Shown here: positions 37,466 through 50,499 of the stretch, in pieces
Numbering within the stretch: the first letter of the stretch is position 1
Layout of the letters: each line of letters begins with the position of its first letter
NCBI RefSeq assembly: GCF_036321535.1
Contig: NC_087437.1
Coordinates: 48,362,001-48,426,000, forward strand
From: Camelus dromedarius
Taxonomy: Eukaryota
Length of the DNA: 64,000 nt
Reading direction: 5' to 3'
Notes under the pieces: model-generated
What the model was told of the DNA's origin: nothing
What the model saw: only the letters and a program-made list of their open reading frames with translations
The model's database searches: none
Made by a program: the position numbers and the translations under genes

Positions 37466-38204
37466 ACACACTGTGGGTAACACTACTGATGGCTTAAGAA
37501 TATGCTCACTAAGGATGTGCAGAGGGTAGAATAAAACCTCTTTAAAACAGTCACCCAGCATTAAGAGATAAGGAAAGAAGAATGTGGAAACAGAAGACTG
37601 CACAGAGCTGTGAAGGCTACAGCCTGAGTTCTGGAATGAGAGAGGAAACAGCTCAGACAAGGGTTTTATAATCGGGAGGCAGCACACTTGCCTGCCCAGG
37701 GACACTCCCTCTTTACCCTTCTGTTCAACATGACAGGCAAATTTAAAACATTCTGCATATACTTTTCATCCCAGGTGACAAAGAGAGAAGGGTGTTCATT
37801 TCAAATCCTCTGGAGTCTTGTCAACCCATGCTTATTTCAAGGACCCTCAAACTGTGGCACATACTCCAATTGCTTTTATTAGTTCTCCTCACTTAAAAAA
37901 CCTCATCATACCCAACCTTCTCTCTGTAACGAGGTTGGTTTCCTGATGGAAAGGGAAAGGGGTAATATAATTAGGATAATATTTGCAGCATTCAGCTGTG
38001 TTTTCATGAAGTTTTCTCCTACTTGTGATGACCATGCATTCTAGTGTGTGCCTACTGTCTCCATATAATGATCAATAACATCCTCTCGTACTGTCAGTGT
38101 CCTTCTTTGGAACAATATGTTATTTGGTCACCATAGTCATACTTTGTAAAATGAATTTACAATTTATTTGAACACATTATATAACTTATACTGATTTTCC
38201 TATG

Positions 38205-38900
38205 CCATACCTTTAATCCAACAAACATTTATTGAGTGTTTGCTGCATACAAAATATTATTTCAGAAGTTGTAAAGCTAAGGTGGAAATATGATGCCTAT
38301 TGCCCAAAAGTTCATTATCATGATGAAAAAATAGACAATGAAAGAAAACACTGCTCTAAAGTAGAATGATAAACGTTATAAATAAGGTTTCAGTATTGTG
38401 TTGTGGGACAGTGAGGGGGAGAGGACCTTAGAATTGGGGAGTTTTAAAGGCAAGACCTGTGCAGGCATCCCAGGAAGAAATAGCAAGTGACAATAAGAAC
38501 ACTAACAGCAAAAACGACAACCGCAGTTATCATTTATTAATGTCTACGATTTTCCAAGAATAATGAAGATTGCTTTAGAGATATCTCTAATCATCTCTAA
38601 TTTAATCAACTTTGATTGACTCATAATTTCTATTAAGTCTAATCTTTATTATTGATGTTAGATTCCAAGCGGAGCAAATGGCTAGAAAGTTTGGTAGATG
38701 TCTTGCTATCGAGGACCTTGAAAATCCAGGTGAGTAATTGAGATTTCAACCTACAGGCAGCAGAAGCCATCTCACATTTTGATTTGAAGTGAGAATAAGA
38801 TCAGATGGCAGTGGTGGAAGGACAGTCAGAGGGGAAGAAGGCAGAGGACTGGTTAAGAGGCTATGTTAATGTGGTAGATACAATGAGGGACTGAAGAAGG
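38205..38900 (-). mobile_element. L2 fragments with an embedded MIR remnant
   Basis: tccaacaaacatttattgagtgtttgctg; gagggggaagaaggcagaggactggttaagaggctatg. Confidence 0.55.
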
Positions 38901-39259
38901 TGAGGGGTAATAGACACTAGGAGACCAATTTAAAGCCAACTGAAAAAATGATACAAAGGTGATTTCTCAATTTTATCAGCTATGAGATTTTCTTGTTTGT
39001 CATAACTAGTAAATTTCTAATTCATAGGATAAATTGGTGGCATGTATGGAGGAATGGGTTGTTGTACTTGAAATACTGTGCATCTTTCTCCCTTTCCCCC
39101 CTCATTCCTGTTAGAGCATTATTGTTTAAATTATTCTTAACTCACTAGAAGAGTTCAGTAACTTTCAGGAAAAGAAGAGTTACTGCCTATAAATTATTTA
39201 CCTCCTGCTTTGTGTGCATGTTTTTTAAAAATTACTTTTAAACTTTTCAGTATCATGTA

Positions 39260-39600
39260 AATGACACTGCAGAACAAGCTGTCAAAGATGGATTTGCTCA
39301 CTGGGAAATTTAAAAAGTAAAATAAATGCAGAGAAAAGAGAACCTGGCTTAAGAGCGAATCTGTGCACCACAAGGTGGTATTAATGATCATCGTCAGCAG
39401 GAAATTTATTTCGAATTGTTTCTCTGGTTTTGGTGTTGGCTAGTATTCACCCATGCATATTCTTTCAACTGGTTGCTTGATTAGGATGTAATTGAATTAG
39501 GATCAAACTCCTCACTTTAATCTCCTTGGTAATACCTTCACATCAACAAGAACTATGGGCCAAGCTGGAACAAGTTCAGGCTAAAGAATGACAAAATGTG
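39260..39600 (+). mobile_element. Possible ancient CR1/L3 ORF2 C-terminal fragment
   Basis: Co-linear degenerate motifs LQNKL...KFKK*NKCR, gagaaaagagaacctgg (~EKDLG), ggtattaat..atcgtcagcagg (~GCIN..IVSR), aagctggaacaagttcag..acaaaatg (~KLE.VQ..TKM). Confidence 0.4.
39364..39382 (+). promoter_or_regulatory. CTCF-like motif
   Basis: tgcaCCACAAGGTGGTAtt closely matches the CTCF core CCAC/GNAGG/ATGGCA. Confidence 0.4.
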
Positions 39601-40329
39601 AGTTACATTAACAATTTTAAGTCATTAGGATACTAGTTACCCTATTAATGCCAAAATAAATTGTAAAAATTTTATTCTGAGAGTTTGTCTTTAAGTTAAA
39701 TGTTGGATTTTTCAAAATGTATATTCTGTCTTAAAATTATCAGGTACAAATTCCAAGGTGACATTCAAGTTCATGCAAGTAATGCAGCCACTCATATTCT
39801 TTTCATTCAGAAAAGAAGTTACAACTTAATACAAAATGTTCATGAAGAATGTCTCCAGTTTCCTATATTAGCTGCAAACAAGATTCTAAGCACTAATAAT
39901 TTATGACAAGCCGCTTTGAATTATGGGTTCTTCTCAAATTGAAAAGATTCCTAAATCATTTCATTTAAAAAGTGGATATTTCCTATCACACAAAATGTAT
40001 TGTCTGTCACTTCAAGGATCATTTAACATTTTCAACAAAGTTCACATTAGTTGGACCATCTCTATAATATCGTTCGCCTAGAAATGCCCACACAAAACAT
40101 CTTTGTGCTTTCTCTTTCAATCATGCTTTTCTCTTAATTCTATATTCTCTGTTCCCTACCAGAGGTAACAAAATGCTAAGCTTTTAGTGAAAAGAAAATG
40201 ACTTTTGCCATCTGGAATACTTCTGAGAATTTCAGAAGAGCTTGTTCTTTCTCATAAATAGTTTTTCCTATTTTCCTTTACAAATTAACAATGGTCAAAA
40301 AAGAGAATTTATTCAAATCTGTATAACAG

Positions 40330-40540
40330 TCTATGTTTCACAATACACTTTTATAAACATTATCTCACTTGATCCTTAAAAGACGCTCTAATAGAAGTAG
40401 GGCAGGCATTACTGTTTTAAATAATTTTAATGTGAGAAAACTGAGGCTCAGAAAGATAAAGGTCACTTCAGAAGAAAGTGGTGGAGCTAAGATTTGCACC
40501 TTGGTCTGAGTCTGTATCTAAGTAAGCTTGACACTGTCCC
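40330..40540 (-). mobile_element. MIR fragment
   Basis: acattatctcacttgatcct ... gagaaaactgaggctcagaaag ... gtggtggagctaagatttg. Confidence 0.8.
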
Positions 40541-41495
40541 CAAGACAATGTGTCAATACCAAGGAATAACAGGAGACTGGTAAATAGGCTACAGGATTTC
40601 TCCAACAACTGAACGATATACAAAAAAAGGGAAGAATTTTCTTACAATGCTAGTGACTGCTGACGTGTATACTGCAGCATCGTGCAGGCAGCCTGGTATT
40701 TAGCACAGATGGTAAGACCTGCACCTTGGCAGGGCAGATCATTTATCCATCAGCAGAGAATAGTTGGCACTCAGGGCCAGGTGAGGGAGGCGGATTTATA
40801 AGGGTCCCACGGCAGGGGTGCATGTTACAGTATTTAGTGAGATGGTACATGCAGAGCCCACCTTCTTCCCAGGTTCACACGCTGCCCAGGAATTGGAGTA
40901 ATGTCATGTTGAAGTACTGACCATCGTGCCTAGCTCAGAACCACTACTCCTCTCAGGCTTCTAGGTCCTTCCTTCTTTCCTCCCTCCCTCTCTCCTTTCC
41001 TTTCTTCATTCATTTACTTACATCAAGTATAACTGACATCAAGTCCCATTCTTGACTTGAGAAAACGATATCCAAATCCTCTTTTCTTTTGATGGGGTGT
41101 CCACCCCTTCCTGGAAATTTGAATTCTGTAATTCTATCAGGTCATCTCTTTTGGGATACACTATTTAAATGCTTTATATTCCTAGGTCAGTCGTCAGCTG
41201 GAAACATACAGACGAGAGGAGTGCAGTTCAGCTAGCTCAACCCACCAACCATATCTAATTTTTAGCTTTGGCTCAACCAGGACACCCCTGACATTTAGAA
41301 ATAGCATTATCAAATGATACTAAATTAATGATCTGACACAGAGGACAATGTATACTGTTTTCCAAATTTGTACAGGATTCATAAATTTGCTTTGGAACTT
41401 GTACCCAGATTTGAGGGATGAAGTTTATGTAGAGCAAGTAGGAGTTCAGAGCCAGTAAGAGTCAAATGTTTCTCTTTCAGAAGTCTATAGGGATA

Positions 41496-41807
41496 TATGC
41501 ACAAAACAGAAACAGATTCACGGACATAGAAAGCAAACTTACGGTTACTGGGCAGAAGGGGGTGGGAAGGGATAAATGAAGTTTTGAGATTTGCAGATAC
41601 TAACTACTATATGTAAAATAGATAACAAGTTTCTTCTGTACAGCACAGGGAACTATATTCAACATCTTGTAGTAACCTATAATGAAAAAGAATATGAGAA
41701 CAAATATATATGTGTAGATGTATGACTGAAACATTATACTGTACACCAGAAATGGGCACAATATTGTAAACTGACTACACTTCATTTACAAAAATCGTTA
41801 AAAAAAA
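41496..41807 (+). mobile_element. Young L1 3'UTR terminal fragment with a 17-bp TSD
   Basis: L1 3' end plus A-tail, flanked by agaagtctatagggata (41479-41495) and agaagtttatagagata (41808-41824). Confidence 0.95.
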
Positions 41808-42219
41808 AGAAGTTTATAGAGATAGTGATAAACATCACAAAGAAGTACTCCCTCCCCTCCCAAAAACCTCTGCCCACTTTTCTAAGAGTAAGTCAAGAGC
41901 ATGGATGGGGTTTTACATTTCTTATTATTTCCAGTTTTAGGTCACCTAATTCTCAACACATAATATGTGTTCAGCACATATTTATTACATAAATTAACTT
42001 TTTCTCACTATAGGCATCTTCATTTTCTCAAAGTTACTGGTTTGCTGAAGTAGGGAAAGCTCAAGTACTATAAAGAAATTTCAGTGTATCTCCTCACCTC
42101 AAATTAATTTTGCATGACCTAGACCCTCATATATAAACAGCTTTTGAGGCTAGAGTCCATCATTAACAATAATGCTATCTTCTGATAAAGTGTGTATTGT
42201 AGTCTAGTTCTACTGCAAA

Positions 42220-42610
42220 TCGGTGGTAGAAATATGCAGCTATTTAATAAAAATTGGTACTGCCTTTTTCTTAGTGGAGAGTCATAGTTGGGAAGCAGCT
42301 TCCCAGCTAGTGATTAATTTGCTCACAACTTGATTGAGTTGAGCCATAGAAAAAGGTTTTGTCAAAGGAAAGGGAGCAGAAGTATTGAGTCACTTCCAGG
42401 CAAGGCTGTTAAGAAGAAAACACCTGAGAGAATGGTGGACCTTTGTAACAGAATAGCCGGAGTCTTTGAATCTCCTTATAGAAGAAACCTGCCCTCCAAC
42501 CAGAAATATGCACATTACACTATTAGATGAATATAGAATAACCTCGTAATTTGCTAAACTGTTGAAATTTTGGTATTTGTTAAACAGCTAGAGTTACCTA
42601 ACTATGTATA
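42220..42610 (+). mobile_element. Old MLT1-type LTR
   Basis: Start tggtagaaatatgcagcta; end gctaaactgttgaaattttggtatttgttaaacagc...cctaacta. Confidence 0.6.
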
Positions 42611-45204
42611 CTTTTGGAAGTAATGTAACCAGAAATTAGGGAAAAAATAGCCATGCATCAATTTCAGAGATTCTTGAATGCAGTGCTGAAGGAATCTCAG
42701 ATACAGCAGGGAGACCATTATTCAGACCAGGGGAACAGGAATAGAAGAGAATGACAAAGTACATAAGGAATTTCTTAAAGTTATGAAAGAACAGAAGAAA
42801 GATAATTTGATTCAAAAAAATTATGATTGAGTTGCTAAATAAGAACTTTGTCTTTCCACAGATCTTTACTGTTGGTAAAATATGATGGGGAGCGTAGCAT
42901 GGACTTAACCATTAGGGTTTGTTTTTTATCAAAGATGTTTAACTCAAGCCTTTAATGACATTTTTTTTCCTCTAAAAGGAAATATATTCTAATTTTTAAA
43001 AAGACAACAAAACTAAGACACTCTGTACAAATTTTTAATCTGATCTTATTTAAACTCAGCTATTATATAAAGTGAAGATTATCTAATATTAAATGTTCAT
43101 TGAAAATCTGTATACATGACTAAAGGTATTTAAATAGCTGAACAGTTATTTCTGTGTCCAGTAGAAGAAATTCATTTCAGTAATTCCTTTTAAAGGATAT
43201 TATTGTTATTAATTTTTTCTTGCTAGAAAAGCTTAAGGCCTCTCTTGTGAAGCTGTAAGATATTACAAAAAGTCTTCCAAGATGCAACTTCAAAGACTCA
43301 ATCATTTCCATGGGACAGCAATCCTTGTTTGCAGTCCTGAAGAAATTCTTCTTCCTAAAAACTTTACTTATGATAGAACCATCACTTCTCTCAGAGTGAC
43401 CCAATACAGTCAGAACTAGTTTAGTGAAAGTACATTTTAAAAATTATGGCCCCAAATTTTAGTGCAAAATTGACACTTCTCAGATTTTCGCTGAAGTTTA
43501 AAAATGTGTATCTTTGATTTTGCTTTCCCTCCAGTTACAATAATTTCCTGAGGCCAAATAAATGTGGACTTGTGTGCTGAATGTCAGCTGAGTTGTAGAA
43601 AGTTGCTGGTAATTCACTTCTTAAAATATTATACAGCATTTTTCACTTCTTCTAGAATACTGAGTGGGCCTAAATCCTCTATCCACTTGCCATTAGCTGG
43701 AGGCTGATACAATGTTATATTAAGAAGTTTAAAATAACATGTCAGCAGGCAAAGTGAAATTGATGTTGTTGAAGACAACAACTAATGCATATATTAACTC
43801 AATTATGATAATTTTCATTTTTATTTTGCCTATCATCCAATGACTGCCACGTTCATTTCTAATTTCAATCCCATTGTGATTTTTTCAGTAACTCTTTTGC
43901 TGATATTCTCATAACATCACCTGTGCTTTTTAGAACAGTGCTTAATATATAATAGATTCTCAACAAATGTTGAGCTTTCTGAATTTTTTAAATGAAGCAG
44001 ATATACCATTTTGTTCTAGCTGATTTAGTTTAAGATTCTGAATTTTTGTAACAAGCTTGAATCAGGATCATCCTGTGGTGATATGACGCATTCTGTCGGG
44101 AGCTGTGCTCCTTCCTCTCAGGCCTGCAGGCAGAATGCCCACAAGGAGAATGCTCAGCACCCAGCAGTCCAGAGGAGTTCCCTGTGGGCACTGTAGATGC
44201 CCTTCTTTCTCCTCCTCCTGCACTTCTCCAGTAACTTCGACTCATCTAAAACTAGATTAAGGGGCATGCCAACCAGACAACTGCCCAGGATGTCAGTCTT
44301 TAAGGAGTGCCAAGGCATTAACAGGATAAAGTAGAAACAGGTGCCAGTTGACGCAGGTTTCCACCTGCAGCTGACTAGCAAAATGTAAACTGGTATTACT
44401 TCTGCCAAGAGGACATGCAAACAATCCTGCTGGATGTGCCTATCTATTCTGTTGGATATTCAGAGGATCCTGAACTCAGCAATGATAGCTAAAATTACTA
44501 AAATAAAAAATGGCACAAAGTTATTTAGAGTGAACACATGATATATCCAGATGTTAAATCCTTTAATATAATTCATGGAAAATTTTCTGGTTCTCTAGTT
44601 TTCTTTGTCAATTTTCTGAACCAGATTCTTTAGAAGATTGAATCTGCTTCAGGCAGTAGAAGTGAGTTTAGTATGTTACCTTTTTTGGTGTGTAATTTTT
44701 ATTAATAGAAAATCAGTTTCTCTTCATCTCTACTAAGTAAATGTTGAATAGGTAGTTAGATCTTGTTGGTTGAGAGAAACAACATATTAGTATGTCTCAG
44801 TCCAGTCTTGAAGCACTTCTGACAACTGGATCTATGGGGGTGGGGGGGTGGGGGTGCTATCATGTAGACCTGACTCACTTTTGCTTTCTAATTCCAGACC
44901 ATATTCATTCTGAACCTTGAGAATATTACTGCACTTTGGTGTTTGGTCTTTACTACTATATGTGCTCACTGTTTAAGTGGCATGAACAGCAGGAACATCA
45001 GCAGGATTGTCACACTAAAGAAATGATGCCCAGAGTAGGTAATAGGTAGGCTCACAGGAGACAGTTGTGCTCACTGGAGCCAGACGACACGATGTGCCCA
45101 CCCAGCATCAGCAACATGCAGAGATTCTGATGTCCAACAGGACGTGATGAGACATCTTCCTCCGGTTTTTCAGGTAAAGGAGACCAAAACAGCATATGTG
45201 AAAA

Positions 45205-45780
45205 TTATTATTGGATTTGATTGCAAATTAGAGAAAACTCAACTAATAGTAGTTTAAACAAATAGTGTACTTTTCATACAAGCCAAGACATATGACATAA
45301 AAGCTAGCTGCTGCATTGGTTCAGCCATTCAACAATGACATCAGAGACCCACACTTTTCCAGCTTCATGTTCTGTCATTCTTAGCACTTCGGCTTCCATC
45401 CTCGTGTCCATAACTCTTAATTGTATGTAATATGGCTGCTGCTATTTAGACATCAAATTCATGTCCAAGCCAGGAAGAAGGAAACAGTGAAAGAGACCAT
45501 AACAGAGTATGCCTCTTTTCATCAAGAAAGAAAAAGCTTTCCCAGAACCACCCTGGAATAAACTTATTCTTGATCTCATTGATCACAGCAGTGTCACATG
45601 ACCACCTCTGGCAAGGCTGGGACAGCTGGGACCAGGCCAGCCATAATTGGCTATACTAATCAACTACCCATCCCTGAGACTGAGTACATTGTCATCCTGC
45701 ACAAAGTCAGGATCCTTTTAGTAAGGGAGAAGGTGAAAAGTGGAGTCAGTAAGTAATTAAAAGGGTCGGCCACTACCAGG
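45205..45780 (-). mobile_element. Old MLT1-type LTR
   Basis: agaaaactcaactaatagtagtttaaacaaatag; tatggctgctgct; tctcattgatcacagcagtgtcacatgaccacc. Confidence 0.7.
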
Positions 45781-47759
45781 TGTCATGGGATGGAAGTTAA
45801 GTGGGAAGCAAAAGAGAAAGTAAACAGTGGCCATACCTTGTAGCTCAAGACCTATCTCTGAGCACACACAAAAGATACCTACTGGAAGTATCCTAGGGAA
45901 AAAATGTGGACAAGAGGAAAGACTTTTTTAGACAATGAGAGATCCCATAATATAGGTTGGGCAAGACTCCTGAATGTATTACTTCTTGCCAGTACTAGAT
46001 CATATATTAAATTAAGGCTATAGCAGAGAAGATACAAATGAAAATTATTTTACACGAATTCAAGAGAAGAGGCTTTAATTTTATTCATGACAGGGATAAC
46101 AATCACATTTCCTCCTTCCCACCACACCACAGTCCCCTCGTGAGAATCTTCAGTTTCACTTTGGTTTGAACTTCGTATCCAAACACTGCTGATAATTTTA
46201 GGATAATCAGTAGAGTATTCACTCATTTTGAAAGTTCAAGTTATTTTGGGATTAATAGAAAGAGGAAAGATTCATTTATTCCATTAGTAAATTTGTGATA
46301 CGAAATACCAAGAGGATAAACAAAACAGCCCAGTTTTTTTTTTCTTCCATATCAGAGTCACAATCTATAAATATTTTTTTCATAGCTTGAAATAAGTAAC
46401 AAAAGAATGGATATTTGTGAGTTTCTAATTTTCTAGGATAGGTACATTCTTTCATAGTTATTTGAGGATACATGTTTGTAAAATTGAAAGTTCTGGAATA
46501 TAAATGTTTTGATCATAAATAGTTGTACTGACCAGCAAGGGTTTAGTTTTATTTTTATCTCTTACTGCCTCAGTTTCCTCCTGCTTTGAAGTATATAAGT
46601 AGGAACGCTTCAACTGCAAATTATATTCATACTATTTATAGCTCAAATGCAAAGGAAAAAAAGAATATATTGTTTCACATAAATGAAAGGTCCATGGCTT
46701 GATCCAGGGTTTATCTCTATTCATCTGTTTTTTTTTCCCAGCATTTATTGAATATTTACAGAAGGCAAATGCTCTAGACAGACATCATGAGATTCAGGAT
46801 GGATGGAACAGAGGTTTGAATCTGAAGTGTACAAACTACACTTCTGATAGTTCATAGGGTAATCAGTACTTAAAAGTATATTAAAGTCAAAGGAATTGGG
46901 ACAGTTATAATATATACATACATATTATACATATATAATTTTAATGTGAATCATAAAATCTGTAAAGAAATTTGTATTTTAAAAAATTAAATGCTAACAT
47001 ATGTTATTTTATTTAGTCCTTTAGTCACCCGGAGGAGGTAAGCGTTCCTCCTCTTCTGTGACATTTAGGGAACTGACCATTTAAAGAATTGAAAAAAAAT
47101 TTTGAGGGTCACACAGTAGTATTTGATGCAATCAGATCTAAATTCCAGATCCTCCAATTCCAAAGGCAGAGCTTCGTCTATGTTCATTTCTGATTCGGCG
47201 CCATATTATTCTCTGTTTTATATTTTGATCTCATTTTCTTCTCCTTCAGATGGCCCCTTCCATGTAGCCAAAGAAGATGGGTGAAAGCAGCTCTAGTTTA
47301 CGGTATTCTCATAGCTCTTGATCTGAGAGGAAGAAAGTCTCACTTTCTCCCATTGTCCCTGTATCACCTAATAGTGAGGCTCTGATTGGCCCTGTTTGGA
47401 TTATGAATCTACCACGGAAGGAGGGAGATACAGTATTCGTGTTGAATGAATCTGGATATTGAGCTCAGATCTGTGGGTAAGGGGAGTTGCTTGGATTCAA
47501 TCCATCTACCCCATATAGAGAGGAGTTTCCCAGAGGAAAGGGTTAGGGTTACAGTTAGATTAAAAACAAAGCAAAACAGTAACAGCAACTCATGGGGCAA
47601 ATCAACATTTCATGGACTCTAATGCTTAAAAACGAAAAGATACTGTTTATCTTCCTCCTACCTTGAAAAGAATATCATTGCAGTCATTATCAGGAAGTAC
47701 AAGAAAAACTTCGAAGGCATAAAGTACTCTCATTAATTTAGATCAGTTTAGTATAATAA

Positions 47760-47930
47760 TATCTACTAGCACTGAGTGGCATGCTAAGCCAAGGATTACA
47801 TTAGTCACTATTGTTAGGGCAATTACATTTTTCAAAAGAGGAAACTGAGGTTTACAGAGATTAAGTTGCTTAAAGTCATGCAAGTAGCTAGCGGAAGAGA
47901 GCTTCTGGCTTTAAAGATCTACTCTTTACA
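47760..47930 (-). mobile_element. MIR fragment
   Basis: aaagaggaaactgaggtttacagagattaagttgcttaaagtcatgcaagtag. Confidence 0.75.
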
Positions 47931-48504
47931 AGATTCATTATCATGAACTGGTTGAAATCTTTTCATGTTGTCTGACATGTTCTGAAACATCCTGAGGTTG
48001 TTCTGTTGTTTTCAAGGGTATCAGCTAACAGCTAAAAAGAAAACGTTACTTAGCAGAAGTCTTTGGTCTCCCTCTTTATTCTATAAATTTTATTTTATAT
48101 TTATAATTTATAAAATTAATAACTATATGAGAATGACTGATAAGCACCATATGAATTTGTTTTCTAAATTAATATTTAAATATTTGTTTCCTTGAATAAT
48201 TTAAACATTCTTGCCTACAAGATTAAATTGTACCATCTTTGAAACATATTTGTTAAGCTTGAGCTCAGTCCTTATTTAAATTTTCACAAATTTGAAATTA
48301 GCGGAAAACAAATTAATGTTTTTCTCTATTAATAAAGCTAAAAAATAAGCCAATTTCTTCCTCTGTTAGGATGTATACGGTAAAGTATTAGTAGAGTCTT
48401 GAGGGGAAATTTTTGAAAAGGTCCAAAATGAAATTACAAATTAATTAGAAAGAGTTCAGCATTCATCTGTAAGACATTCGGCTGTATTTCAGAGCTTCAG
48501 GTCA

Positions 48505-48900
48505 TCACTCAACAATCAATTAATATACTTTGTTAGCTGTGTCAAGCATTGGCACAGAAGTTGGGAACCCATCAAAGAAAAATATGGGATCCCTGACTTC
48601 AAGGAACTTAGAGTCTGGTCTGGGAGACAGATGAGTAGACATATAACTAAACAGAGCCTGAGGAGTGCCAAGTTGGGGTACACATAAGGAGCTATGGGGA
48701 GCCATAGAAAAAGCTTCTAAAACAACTTAGGTGACCAGGATTTGGTTAGAAAAGCAATTACAAAAGCTTCCTAGGAAGCTTGATGCCTGAAAGGAGTTGT
48801 GAGGGTTAATTATAAGTAGCATATGACAAGAGGGGATGGAGACAGAAAGGGTTCCAAGCAAATAGGCTGGTCTCCATCACCAAGAGAAGAGGCAGATGGA
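48505..48900 (-). mobile_element. L2 3' fragment
   Basis: atccctgacttcaaggaacttagagtctggtctgggagacagatgagtagac; aaagcttcctaggaagcttgatgcctgaa. Confidence 0.75.
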
Positions 48901-50499
48901 GGAAGGGGAGGGAGTTGGGGAGAGATTTAGAAACCTAAAAACAGGTCAGTAGAACTTAGGAGAGAATGTGGTAGAGAGGCAAGTGGGGATTGATGGGAAA
49001 GAAGTATTTGAGTTCCATCCCAGCAACACAGGTAGATGGCATTTTTGAAACTCACTTGCCTGTAAGTAGAGAGATTCCACCATCAAAAGAAACAGTAGGC
49101 AGCACAACATGTAATCCAAGAGGCAAGGTTTCAAGAGCAGCCAAAGTCCATAACAAAAGGACACTAGCTGATGTCAAGAGGTGCCCAAAGCTGTAACTGG
49201 GGAAAGGAAATGAATAAACCTTGGGGGAAGGAAGTTACGGGAATGAGAATGAGAAGTACAAGGAGCGGTTGGCCGAACATTGTAACCAACAATACCAAAC
49301 AGTTCCTTGATCTGTTTTTCTTTTGAAGGCCCACGGACTCTTAAAGGCTCTGACTTTCACCCGATAAAACACACAGAAGATACACATACTTAGCTACATA
49401 TGTGGAAAATGACTGCCAACTACAGCCAGGAAGGATTACAGGACCTCACCTCCCCCAAGAGGAACAACATTCTGGGCAAGACTGAGGGCAGGGAAAGGCA
49501 GAGCTATTTTAGACTCCTTGGCCTCCTCCTCTCTGAGCAGAAATTGTGTTAGTATCCCTTGAAGGCTATAAATAGCAATCTCTAAGAAGAAGGAAAAAAG
49601 ACAGAATCACACACTTCCCTGCTACACTTAGGGAAACACAATGCTTGATATAAATAGAACACTCAGAAATAAAAAGCACTTTCTTGTTTATGGGAAATTA
49701 TGAAAGGAACTTATACATCATTAAGATTATGGTAATGTTTACAATTAGAAGATTAAATTTATGAGGAGTTTATTGATATAGGAATGTCTAACACGTAAAG
49801 AAAGAAAATATGTGGGAAATATGGCTGATAACGAGTACTTCAGGTATGTTCCAAGGCATTGTTCCACTCAAGGGACTTGTTCCAGAAACATACTTAAAGC
49901 AGTCATTGAAACAGCCACTCCATCTTGGTTGGCCCAGACCACCTTCCAGTTCTTCAGCAAGGTTACTGATGAACTGATATTCAACCCAGGCCCACCTTTC
50001 TCTGAAGACAGAAATGGATATGGTCCCCTGGATTAACATTCTTGATGCTTTTTCTTGGACGTGATTTTGTTATTTGCTGCCTGTCTTGCATACCCCACTG
50101 ACAGTGAGACAGTGAAAGATGACCTCTATATGAATTTACTCTGGATAAGCAAAACCCTTTACTCATCCCCTCCTTCCTCAAGAGGAAGATGAGACAATCA
50201 GATATGATTAAAGGTGTCTGGTTTCACCCTGAGGCAGGTTGAGAGGCTGGTATTAATAGACCAAATGACTGCAGAGAGTCCCTGGTTCTCCAGAAGATTG
50301 AGCTCACACACACAAAAAAAGTCTTTAAAGAAAAAAAACTGATGTGAATTTGTGCAGACCCAAGTGCTCCTATACCTCAAAAATACCTTGCCTGTATTAA
50401 TCTCCCATTGGTTACAAACAGCAAAGAAAGTGAGTAAAATTTCTGGAGTGGGGCGGAAAGCATTCAGTAATTTCTAGCAAAGTACACAGACAGGGTGTA

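Noticed and set aside
44262..44287. p53 response element (gggcatgcca...agacaactgccc)
   Set aside because: Only one imperfect half-site; the second lacks the CWWG core.
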